Positions 39,261 through 50,492 of a stretch of DNA of 64,000 bases are shown in pieces. Position numbers and translations under genes: made by a program. Source of the stretch: Octopus bimaculoides (taxonomy: Eukaryota); contig NC_068983.1 in NCBI RefSeq assembly GCF_001194135.2, positions 38,450,483-38,514,482 on the forward strand. The letters are read 5' to 3'. Below the pieces are notes generated by a model. That model was not told where the DNA came from, did not search any database, and saw only the letters and a list, made by a program, of their open reading frames with translations. How positions within the stretch are numbered: the first letter of the stretch is position 1; each line of letters opens with the position of its first letter.

Positions 39261-39262
<2 letters not shown>

Positions 39263-40019
39263 TCTTATAATAATAACACACAGATCAATACAATGCAGGC
39301 ACAAACACATTCATATAATGCCAGCACATGCACACACATAATGTAAATATACTCACACAACCTTCTACAGTATATATATACACAGACACATACTTACACA
39401 CATTCACACATTCATACAAATATATACACTACAGTGAATACACATGTAATTCATAGAATGTAGACACCCTCATACACACACACACATGCACACAGCCACA
39501 CACACACACACACACACACACATGTGCAGCCAACCATTTACATTGTGACATGTTAAATGGCTGTTTGTTATTTATTGATGTGTTACAGCCCAGCACAACC
39601 TTGACACATCTGTACACAGACAAATGCTATTATAAACATTACAGAAATATATAATTCCCACACCAACAAACATTACAGTAATCTGTTATTTTAGATTAAC
39701 ACTGTGAAGGGGCATGGCCCAGTAGTTAATGGGGTTGGCCTGAAGGCAGTAAGGTTGTAGTTTCATTTCCTAATCCTGGCAGCATGGTGTGCAATGCAAT
39801 TCATTTCATGTCACTATAGTCTAGTCAGCTAAGAACTTGTACTAATTGGGTGCTGGTGAAGTTCTTTTTCACTCTTCCCTCCTAGTTCTCCCATTTTCTT
39901 TCCCTCTCGCTCTCTCTCCAGTTGTCCTATTTTCTGTCTCCATTTGTCTTATCCTGGATATGTCGGTGTTTCAAGGATTGAAGAGCCAAGAAGGTGTCTA
40001 TAGCAGTTCATGATTACAT

Positions 40020-40410
40020 AGATACTGGCTCTTGTGCCGGTGGCATGTAAAAAGTACCATTCGAGTATGGTCGTTGTCAGTGCCACCTAACTGGCTCCCG
40101 TGCCAGTGGCATGTAAAAAGTACCATTTGAGTATGGTCATTGCCAGTGGCTCTCATGCCAGTAAAAAGCACCATTCAAGGCATGGTTGAAGCCAGTACTG
40201 CCTGACTGGCCCTCGTGCTGGTGGCATGTAAAAAGCACCCACTATACCTTTGGAGTGGTTGGTGTTAGAAAGGGCATCCAGCTGTAGAAACCTTGCCAGA
40301 TCAGATTAGAGCCTAGTACACCCTTCTGGCTTGCCAGTCCTTAGTCAAACTGTCTAACCCATGCCAGCATGGAAAGCGGATGTTAAATGGCAATGATGAT
40401 AATGATGTAA
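40020..40410 (+). mobile_element. RTE-type 3' tail family C with internal ~55-bp tandem units; other copies at 41955-42330(-), 46470-46600, 47060-47127(-), 52077-52280, 52480-52880, 53404-53455, 58020-58180(-) and 63660-63850
   Basis: ggaagggcatccagctgtagaaac...acccatgccagcatggaaagcggacgttaaacg(atg)n. The copy at 52480 begins with the RTE ORF end AVREKTRQAK*. Confidence 0.8.
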
Positions 40411-40439
40411 AACAATTAGTGTAGGTATTGTCCATGTTA

Positions 40440-41000
40440 CTAAGCTATACTTGCTAGAGAATGCTTTGTTTGTGAGGGTTATTACTACTGGTTGAGTGTC
40501 AAAACCTGCTGGAATTCTACACACCTTTCCGTGATATTTCCAAGCAGGAAAATTTGCACTGTGAAGAACAGTTAGAATTTAAAAAAACGCTGTTTACTCT
40601 TCTTGCTGTGTTACATCAATACTGTTTTGAATCCTGTTGCAGAAAACTTTTCCTTGTGGTGGGAGAAATGTACATCCTCCCATTTGTTTCAGTCTGCTAG
40701 GTTTTGGAATTATCACAAGGACCCATCTTCTCCAACCAGTCAGAGCTTACTGTTGCTGACAGCTGTTAAACAGAATTTTTTTAGCTATGTTATTGCTTCT
40801 GCTTAAAGAGATCAGCTGAAATTTGGTTCTTATCCAGCAGCTTTGTAGCTCTTTATTTTCCTTGATGTTTGTTTTATTTCTTCCTTGAAATGCATCAGTT
40901 CTTATTTGCAGTGATTCGGCTGGTAATGCTGAGTTCAAAGTGTGACTAGATCTGGCTTACACCAACCATCTGAGTTGCAAGAACTAACTCGCTCGAAGAA
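40440..41000 (-). mobile_element. Degenerate RTE-like RT N-terminal fragment
   Basis: Frameshifted KEEIKQTSRKIKSYKAAG, QISADLFK, VLVIIPKP and ITERCVEFQQ motifs. Confidence 0.5.
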
Positions 41001-41274
41001 CAAGCAAGACCAATCAAGCTCAGAATTAGCTGCTGAAAGGCTACAGTGATGCAGGTTAATGCCGCGACCCAAGATACCATTTTCTTCAGACAGGAGATTA
41101 TAGAAGATCTGGACAATTTCTTCTACATGTGCAATATGATCAGAAAAAATGGAAGCATAGAAAGTGATGCGAACAGTACAATTGGTAAAGTAGGAGACTT
41201 GTTCTAATATAAGCACCAAATCGGGATAACAATAAGCACCCATACTGATATGAAAGTCCACCTATGATCTCTTG

Positions 41275-41620
41275 TCAACCACAGCCCCCTTCAGCTGGTT
41301 TCTGCTGCCAAGCCTATCTCCTTGGTGGCTTTCTTCAACTGTTTGGTTTCTAGACCAATCTTCTATCAGAAGTAGCACACCAATCATGCAGGAAGCTGCA
41401 GCAGCCAACTTCAATAGGGTGTGAGGTCACATACCATCCTTTCACAAGGGTCTTCTCAAACAAATCCTGATATTTTATTTTGTTTAAATGGTAAGAAATG
41501 TTGAGTCTGTCCTTAAGTTTTGCACTCCTGAAGAGCAGGAACATATCTGATTGGAGTGATGTTACTGCTACCTCTGGAAAGATGAATCTGTCCTTCAGGA
41601 CCACTTGAATCTCTCAGTTA
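41275..41620 (-). mobile_element. HERO-like (restriction-like endonuclease) non-LTR retrotransposon 3' end, degenerate
   Basis: VAVTSLQSDMFL (cf. TSLRPDMVL), KIKYQDL..KGW..SHPIEVGCCSF (cf. KYQDL..GW...PIEVGCRGF) and KKATKEIGLAAETS*RGLWL. Confidence 0.7.
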
Positions 41621-41676
41621 GAGGCTGAATATAAACTAGAAAATGGGTCCTCTGCACATATACATACATACATACA

Positions 41677-41737
<61 letters not shown>

Positions 41738-43341
41738 ATGCATGCATGTGCAACTGTTAATCTACACATGTTTTTCTTTCTCCATCTGCTTTCTCTTCTC
41801 ATACTTTTCTGTAGAAGAGAGTAGGTTTGAAATGTCAAAGACTCATCCATTTTTCCTAAGCAACAAACCAAAACAATTCATTTCTTTTCCCCTCCCTCAC
41901 TTGCTTCTATCTTTGGCTTTTTGTTTCTGTGTACAATTTTGAACCATATATATCATCATCATCGTCGTCGTCGTTTAACGTCCGCTTTCCATGCTGGCAT
42001 GGGTTGGACGGTTTGATTGAGGGTTGGCAAGCCAGAAGGCTGCACCAGGCTCCAATCTGATCTGTCAATGTTTCTACAGCTGGATGCCCTTCCTAACGCC
42101 AACAACTCCAAGAGTGTAGTAGGTGCTTTTTACATGCCAACGGCATGAGGGCCAATCAGGCGGTGGTGGCATCAGCCATACTTGAATGGTGCTTTTTACG
42201 TCCATCAGTATCGGAGCCAGTCAGGTAGCACTGGCAACGACCACGCTCGAATAGTGCTTTTTACATGCCACCGGCTCAGGACCAGTCAGCTGGCACTGGC
42301 ATTGACCATGCTCGAATGGTGCTTTTCACACACACACACAAACATTATAAACATGAACTTTAAATTCAACTAAATACTTTATAAACATGAATCCAAGAAA
42401 GATGTGCATAGATCCATGGGACTCAAACTAGTAACTGTCATAATCCACTCAACTGTGTACACTGTTGCATCAAAGTGACCAGGCACATCTTCTGCATGCA
42501 AATGAGAGCCCATGAGATGTTACTGACTCGCTACATGGTTTATATCTCCCCTGCCTGCCACATGAGGACTCCAGTATTTCATAATACTTTTACAATATAT
42601 TTATGTTTTTCTTCATATAATAAAGTTTTCTCTGTCCCTGATATTCTCAATGTTACTACAATTTTGAAAAGACTTCTGGGGACCTCCATCAATCTATGAG
42701 GACCATTCATTTGCACATGAAGCAGACTGACAGTTGTTCATGCATACAAGTCTCCCCTCTCAAAGCCATAGATGTTTATCCAAAAGAAAGGCCACCAACT
42801 TAGACCGATACAGCTGGACACCACTGTCATGGTAAGCATTGCAGTCAGGATGCAAAGGGCTGGAACAGACACCACAAGGTATCTAGCCTAACCTTCTAAC
42901 GTTTCTGCTAATTCAGTGCCCTTGATTCATCATCATGTATCATCAGACCCGGAACATTACAGTCTCAAGTCCTAGGGTTTATAGGGCCAGTTACCCACTT
43001 ACCATGGTATAATATTGCCCTTGGATGGGATTCCAGTCCATTACATTGTTACTTACAGTTGAGTGGACTGAAGCAACGTAGAATGAAGTGTTTTGCTCAA
43101 GAGTACAATGCACCACATGGTCATGGAATTGAAATCACGATCTTGTGATCGTGAGTACAAGGTGCTAATCACTAGACCAACAAACCTCAAAGAATAAAAA
43201 AAAATTAAGTTGACCCCTTGAGGATTTAAACTCAAAGTGCAGAAAAATGAAATGAATGCCATGGCATTGTTGGCCCAATGCGTTAACGACTTTGCCAATT
43301 CATCATCTTGAACAATTCTTTATTAATATTTGTAAAGTATG

Positions 43342-43775
43342 AAGGCAGTGAGCTAGCACAAATGTTAATATGCTGGGCAAAATGCTTAGTGGTATTTCGT
43401 CTGTCTTTACATTCTGAGTTCAAATTCTGCCAAGGTTGACTTTGCCTTTCATCCTTTCTAGGTCGATAAATTAAGTACCAGTTGCATACTGGAGTCGATC
43501 TAATCGACTGGCCCTCCCCAACAATTCTGGGCCTTGTGCATGGAGTAGAAAAGAATATTTGTAATGTATGGTATAGTAAAATTCCTATACTAATATCCCT
43601 TTCCCCTATAGGCTCAAGGCTTGAAATTTTCGGGGTGGGGAGTGATAAATTAATGACATCAACTCCAGTGCTCAACTGGTGCTTATTTTATTGACCCCAA
43701 AAGAATGAAAGGCCAAGTCGACCTCAGTAGAATTTCAACTCACAATCTAAAGACAGATGAAATGCCACTAAGCTA
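43342..43775. mobile_element. Two CpG-depleted SINE family A copies (+ then -)
   Basis: Homology, with systematic CG>TG/CA changes. Confidence 0.8.
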
Positions 43776-44129
43776 TTTGTGCAACGTGCAACCAATCTTG
43801 TAAGCGTACTGCTTAAATTCCTACACTAATATTAATAACATATGACAAAGAAATATTTAGAATTTCTATTATGAATTTGAAATTAAATTAAACCTCACAC
43901 ATCATAAACACATAACTAAAATACCAAATTATGCACAGAACTGCCCGTGGGACTCGAATCATGCATGACTTGTAATCTACAGAGACAGAACATTTACATT
44001 CTACAATCCGCATGGCAAATAAACTTTACCAATCTTTCGAATTCTATATTGATTGATTTTTTTCTCCCCAACACAGACCATTATCAGTTTCCTTGGTAAC
44101 CAAATTGTACATTGTTTTTATACTATATA

Positions 44130-44299
44130 GCGTAGGAGTGGCTGTGTGGTAAGTAGCTTGCTTACGAACCACATGGTTCCGGGTTCAGTCCCTCTGCGTG
44201 GGACTTTGGGCAAGTGTCTTCAACTATAGCCTTGGGCCGACCAAAGCCTTGTGAGTGTATTTCGTAGGCGGAAACTGAAAGAAGCCTGTCGTATATATG

Positions 44300-44337
<38 letters not shown>

Positions 44338-44545
44338 TGTATGTTTGTGTGTCTGTTTTGTTCCCCCAGCATCGCTGGTGTGTTTACATCCCTGTAACTT
44401 AGCGGTTCGGCAAAAGTGACCGATAGAATAAGTATTAGGCTTACAAAAAAAACCCTTCTATATCCAGCCATAAGATGTCATTTCACTCATATACTCTTTT
44501 ACTCCAGCATGGCCACAGTCAAATGACGGAAACAAATAAAAGAGT
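44130..44545 (+). mobile_element. SINE family B, part of tail replaced by an inverted copy of its flank
   Basis: Homology plus a 59-bp perfect inverted repeat. Confidence 0.85.
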
Positions 44546-44784
44546 AAAAGAGTATATGAGTGAAATGACATCTTATGGCTGGATATAGAAGGGTTTTTTT
44601 ATTATATTGAGAAATGGTTAGCAGTTGAGCACTGGGGTTGATGTAATTGACCTAATCACTCCCCTGAACTTGCTGGCATTGTGCCAAAATTGGAAACCAA
44701 TATTAAAGACTTATTCTTCTCAGTATAACTGTAAATTTACTTAATCCAAATATCTTGCCTTCCCAATATTCTGTATCTTTTTAT

Positions 44785-45270
44785 TTTTTTTACTTGAGGC
44801 CATGCTGGAGCACCGCTTTAAAGGGTTTTTTAGTCAAAGAAATCAACCCCGGGACTTATTCTTTGTAAGCCTAGTACTTATTTTATCAATCTCTTTTGAC
44901 AAACTGCTAGGTTATGGAAATATAAACACACCAGCATTGGTTGTCAAGCAATGGTGGGGGGACAAACACAGACACAGACACATGCACACACCCATACACA
45001 CATGCATGCACACATGCACAAACCCACACACACACACACGCGCGCGCGCACACACGCGCGCTCACACACACACACACACGCACAAACACACACACACACA
45101 CACACACACATATATGACGAGCTACTTTCAGTTTCCGTCTACCAAATCCACTCACATGGATTTGGTCAGCCTAATTCTATAGTAGAAGACACTTGCCCAA
45201 GGTGCCACACAATGGGACTGAACTTGGAATCATGCGGTTGGGAAACAAGCTTCTTACCACACAGCCATGC
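44785..45270 (-). mobile_element. SINE family B, full-length
   Basis: Homology. Confidence 0.85.
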
Positions 45271-45288
45271 TTGCACCTCAATTCATTT

Positions 45289-45407
<119 letters not shown>

Positions 45408-45419
45408 CTAAAAACCTAC

Positions 45420-45584
45420 CTTCAGCTGTGCAATGGTTCTCTTTAGGAAATTTGATTCATCTGCATGTTTCTTTTCTTCGACCATTCTCTGTTCGGCTGC
45501 TCTCTTCTCGATTTGCTCGCATTTAGCCTTCAGTTCGTTCACTTGCCGTTCCAACTCTCGTTTTTCCAATTCAAGGCCTTCAAT
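45420..45584 (-). CDS. DNALI1: DNALI1 exon 5 (165 nt; IEGLELEKRELERQVNELKAKCEQIEKRAAEQRMVEEKKHADESNFLKRTIAQLK)
   Basis: catag|ATT and AAG|gtaggt boundaries. The 55-codon coiled-coil segment aligns without gaps to the p28 C-terminal region. Confidence 0.96.
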
Positions 45585-47127
45585 CTATGGAATAATTGAA
45601 GTTAACAACATGTATTTGTACATCTGTACAAGGTTTTTTTCTAACGTCGTTATAGTTGTGTGACATTACAGTAATTAATAAGCTGGATGTTATAGCATTC
45701 AGTCAGTTGCTGAGATGGCACTTAGGGGACCATTATATCATCATCATCATCATTATCATCGTTGTCATTTCAATCAATGAGAAGAGAAAAAGGAGAGAGA
45801 AAGAGAGAAAAATGAAACAAGAAATGTATATATAAAGGGAAGAAAAAAGAGAGAGAAGAGAAGGTTAACAAAGAGAGAAAATGATAGGAAGAGTGAGAAA
45901 AAGAAAAGAAAAAAGAGTCATCATCATCATCATTTAACGTCTGCCTTCGATGCTAGCATGGGTTAAAAGAAATAAGGAAAACTGAAAGACAAAGGGAGAT
46001 TCCTTGTCACATATACATACATATGTACAGAGCCGGATTAAAAACCATGTATGCGCAATAAATTGCTTGCACTTCTTCAATATGCCAAATATCTTAATTT
46101 TTTTTTATATACAATTCCTAACAATATTTAATTCTAAAAATATAATGGGATTTCTTAGACACTGAATGGCTATGAGGGTTCACCCAAGTAAAACAGGAAT
46201 CAAACAGGTCCACAGACAAAAAGTGGTTGATAACCACTGCTCTAGAGTTTCTCCAATGTGTTGCTGCTTCCTCAGACAGAAATAGGGGGGATAATGGATA
46301 AAGATAAATCACTGTGATAATGGACACACTGGGTCATACGACTGGTTAAATTCATAAGTGGGCTTTTGACAGGAGTCATCAGAGGACAACATAAGATGAC
46401 TGGAGAGAAAAATATTAACATATGTGCACAGACACCACCATATTGCTATCAGTTTCATATATATATGTATGTGTAAGGGCATCCAGCCATAAACACCATG
46501 CCAAATCAGACTGGGACATAATGCAGCCCTCCAGCTTACCAGTTCCAGTCAAACCAACTAACTCATGCCGGCATGGAAAGCAGATGTTAACTGATGATGA
46601 CGACGTACGTATGTATGTATGCATGTATGTATCTATCTCTCTCTCTATATATATGTAAATTTAAATAGAGGTTAAAAAACCACCTTAAGGGATAGAAAAT
46701 ATCCAATGAATTACTGATTTGTTAGCTATTATTTTGTTATAAATAGTAATATTCATAAAATAATAGGTTTAAATATAAATCTTGGTTTATAAATATTCAA
46801 AATAAAAACCAGAAAATGGAGATGTACCATTAATATAATTTATCAACTGCAAAAATTCAACATGTTCATTTACAGCTGTTTCGATTTTGCCCAAAAGAAA
46901 TAAATTCTTTTGAGCAAAATCAAAACAACTGTAAGTGAACATGTATGTATGCAAAAATTGTACGTATATGCATATATATATATATATCATCGTCGTCATC
47001 ATCATCGTTGTCGTCATCATCGTCGTCGTCATCGTCATCGTCATCATCGTCGTCGTCGTCATCGTCATTTAACGTCCGCTTTCCATGGACGATTTGACTG
47101 AGGACTGGTGAAACCAGATGGCTACAC

Positions 47128-47421
47128 NNNNNNNNNNNNNNNNNNNNNNNNNNNNNNNNNNNNNNNNNNNNNNNNNNNNNNNNNNNNNNNNNNNNNNNNN
47201 NNNNNNNNNNNNNNNNNNNNNNNNNNNNNNNNNNNNNNNNNNNNNNNNNNNNNNNNNNNNNNNNNNNNNNNNNNNNNNNNNNNNNNNNNNNNNNNNNNNN
47301 NNNNNNNNNNNNNNNNNNNNNNNNNNNNNNNNNNNNNNNNNNNNNNNNNNNNNNNNNNNNNNNNNNNNNNNNNNNNNNNNNNNNNNNNNNNNNNNNNNNN
47401 NNNNNNNNNNNNNNNNNNNNN
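47128..47421. other. Assembly gap truncating DNALI1 exon 4. Other gaps start at 5241, 10045, 11277, 13316, 17887, 19720, 22695, 27918, 31516, 51307, 52881, 54353 and 58562
   Basis: N runs. Confidence 1.
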
Positions 47422-47500
47422 ATGCGAATCTCATCGCGCACACGCAACAACAGAAGACCACGTTCAGAGCAGTTGATGGTTACTTGACGAATCAATTCAT
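47422..47500 (-). CDS. DNALI1: DNALI1 exon 4, 5' part only (D-ELIRQVTINCSERGLLLLRVRDEIR); remainder lies in gap 47128-47421
   Basis: tttcag|AT acceptor. The p28 signature ELIRQVTINCxERGLLLLRVRDE runs directly into Ns. Confidence 0.97.
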
Positions 47501-48402
47501 CTGAAAGCATTAGAAATTTATTAAGAATTCTTATAAAATGTGTGTAATCGACAGAAACAAATGAGGGACACCCTACATATCACCATTCAACCAGCTAGAA
47601 GTAGCAGCTAAATCTCCTTTAATACATGCCCTATGTTTTTAAAAGAGAAATATTTGAAATATAGTCCTGGATCATATCATGGCTGAAGAAGGCAGAATGG
47701 TTATTTCTGGGACACTTTCGATCATAAAAATACTCAAATAAGGTTTGTATGGCACTTAACAATAAGGATGAGTGAAATCTCTACAGTATCACTCGATCTT
47801 CTAGAAATAGCAGTCAAATTTCCCTCAAATCACATCTACTGTCTTTAAAGAATAGGTAGGACACCTTGAATTATATAGTCCTCAATAAATATAGAAGACT
47901 GACTAGTCAAAGATGGAGTATCTTTGATCATAGGTTTGTTCAGTCAGGGCTGATCCCGGGGCTAAGCAACAATTCACAATTGGTTTGAAATGAAGTTCAT
48001 CTAAACATATTCCATGGAAGAAACAGTAGAAAAGGACCATCCATCCATCTATCCTTTCCATCTGCCATTACTGGGAAGGTTGTGGAGGGGTAGAATCCTC
48101 AGGCACTTTCTCCATAGGTCCTATCAGAAACAGCCATCATTACACTTTCTCAATGGGTTCTTATATATCCAGATATTATCCAGCCAGTTTGTTTCTGGTG
48201 TACACTTAGGTCTCCTGCTGGTAGCCATGCTTGGTTTTGTCTTTCATCCTCCCAGGATCAATAAAATAAGCACCACTTAAACACTGGAATCAATGCAATC
48301 AATTTACTCAGTCCCCCAAAACTACTGGCCTTGTGTCAAAATTTGAAATCAATATTTAACGCAGTGAGCTGGCAGAATTATCAGCATGTCAATTAAATAG
48401 GC

Positions 48403-48561
48403 ACAGGAGTGGCTGTGTGGTCAGTAGGCTGCTTACCAACCACATGGTTCCCGGTTCAGTCCCACTGCAAGACACCTTGGGCAAGTGTTTTCTACTATAA
48501 CCTCAAGCTGACCAAAACCTTGTGAGTGGATTTGGTAGACAGAAACTGAAAGAAGCCTGTC

Positions 48562-48614
<53 letters not shown>

Positions 48615-48729
48615 GGCCAGCCAGTCCTATTGTGCTGATGCATGATGTCGCTTGGTCGTGCATGCACAATTGCCAGCATCGTCAAATTTGCAAACTAGAA
48701 TATCATACTGATGAGGAAATGAAAAGTTT

Positions 48730-48765
<36 letters not shown>

Positions 48766-48970
48766 TGTGTTTGTCCCCCCTCTACCCAACCGATGACAAC
48801 CGATGCTGGTGTGTTTATATCCCCATAACATCGCGGTTCGGCAGAAGAGACCGATTGAATAAGTACTAGGCTTACAAAGAATAAGTCCTGGAGTCGATTT
48901 GCTCAACTGAAGGCAGTGCTCCAGCATGGCCACAATCAAATGACTGAAACAAGTAAAAGAATAAAAGAAT
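48403..48970 (+). mobile_element. SINE family B with interrupted internal microsatellite
   Basis: Homology. Confidence 0.85.
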
Positions 48971-49829
48971 ATCAGGCATTCTTTTTAGTGGCACTGTGTA
49001 CAACTTTACACTCTGCATTCGAATTCTGTTGATAAAGTAAGTACCAGTTAAGTACTGGGGTGGATGTAATCAGCTTGCCCCCTTCCACCAAAATTTCAGA
49101 CCTTGTGCCTGTAATAGAAAGGATATGAAACTAATATCTAGTTTTGTAATTTATTTTCCATGTTCACATTCTACTGGAGTTGATACTGCACTTTATTCAA
49201 CTAAACGGGTAAGGGTGTTAATGAAATAGATACCAGTAATTCACAGGGGCCACTATCGTTCATCTTCTCTAAAAATTGGATCGTGTCTAGTGAAAATAAA
49301 TCAACTTCCTGGACTAAATTCTTCCAGCCCTAAGTGTCAAATCTTTGGAATCTCTTCCTCAATCCACAGATGTTGATTTGCAGGTAAACCAGGCGATGCT
49401 GTTAAACCAGGTAATGTAATATATTCACCATCCATGTTTGCAGCGTTAGATTCAATTTCTGCAACACCTAAATCATATGTCGGAGATATTTTGAGAGTTA
49501 AAACACAAACATTACGGAACTTGACTGGACTTCAGTAACGTTGATAGAGTTCCAATACTGCTGTACTAAAGTTAGAACATCGGCTGTAAATTTAAAAATA
49601 ATTGTACAAACACAATCACAACTGTCTAGCTGTTAATGTTAATACAATATAGCAGCAACTGCTTTATGATGTTAGCTTTCACCCTTTCAAGAGGATAACA
49701 CAGTAGTTCTCAATGTGGGAAGTAACACCCCTAAGGAGTCACTGGGCATGTCGAAGAGGACATTAGGCTTTAGGGGGCAGTGAGGTAACATAATTAGCAT
49801 ATTAAATTTACCTATTATATTATACATCG

Positions 49830-50208
49830 TGGAGGCGCAATGGCCCAGTGGTTAGGGCAGCGGACTCGCAGTCATAGGATCGCAGTTTTGATTCCCAGAC
49901 CGGGTGTTGTGAGTGTTTATTGAGCGAAAACACCTAAAGTTCCACCAGGCTCCGGCAGGGGATGGATGCGAACCCTGCTGTACTCTTTCACCACAACTTT
50001 CTCTCACTCTTACTTTCTGTTGTGCCTGTAATTCAAAGGGTCAGCCTTGTCACACTGTGTCATGCTGAATATCCTCGAGAACTACGTTAAGGGTACACGT
50101 GTCTGTGGAGTGCTCAGCCACTTGCATGTTAATTTCACGAGCAGGCTGTTCCGTTGATCGGATCAACTGGAACCCTCGACGTTGTAATCAACGGAGTGCC
50201 AACAACAT
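49830..50208 (+). mobile_element. SINE family E in DNALI1 intron 3
   Basis: Close homologue of 26240-26625. Confidence 0.9.
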
Positions 50209-50322
50209 ATTATGCATTATAAAACCAGTAATTTTTTCTATGTTAGAAACCATTATGTACAAAAGAGATACTGTCTTTAGGGAGCAATATTTCTAATAAG
50301 AGTTGGGTATAATGTGACTTAC

Positions 50323-50492
50323 CAAAACATTGTGAGTAGAGTTCTCGACGTACTGCGCATATTCCAGTCTCTCTTGCTTGTCTTTGCTGGAGACGGCGAT
50401 CAAGTTCTTCCTGTAGAGTTACAACATCTAACCTTGTGGCTGGAGTGCTGGACACTTGCTGGACCCATAGCTGACCATTTTCCGTCCATTCT
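50323..50492 (-). CDS. DNALI1: DNALI1 exon 3 (170 nt; EWTENGQLWVQQVSSTPATRLDVVTLQEELDRRLQQRQARETGICAVRRELYSQCF)
   Basis: Highly conserved p28 core. ctag|A and G|gtaagt splice sites; phases 2/1 fit the flanking exons. Confidence 0.98.

Noticed and set aside
41070-41195. Plus-strand AG..GT-bounded segment (QEIIEDLDNFFYMCNM...)
   Set aside because: There is no recognisable homology or partner exon, and it lies between retroelement relics.
42600-42690. Candidate DNALI1 last exons (catag|IDGGPQKSF...; also acag|LY* near 44715)
   Set aside because: Acceptors are weak and there is no similarity to the conserved AQLEGII..KK end.
48030-48230. Possible RTE C-terminal remnant (minus; RRPK..WLDNI..DLWRK)
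   Set aside because: It is too degraded to call by eye.
46130-49760. hAT/Charlie-like termini (ggttgataaccactg at ~46225; cagtagttctcaatgtggg at ~49700)
   Set aside because: They are isolated short matches in the wrong order to form one element.
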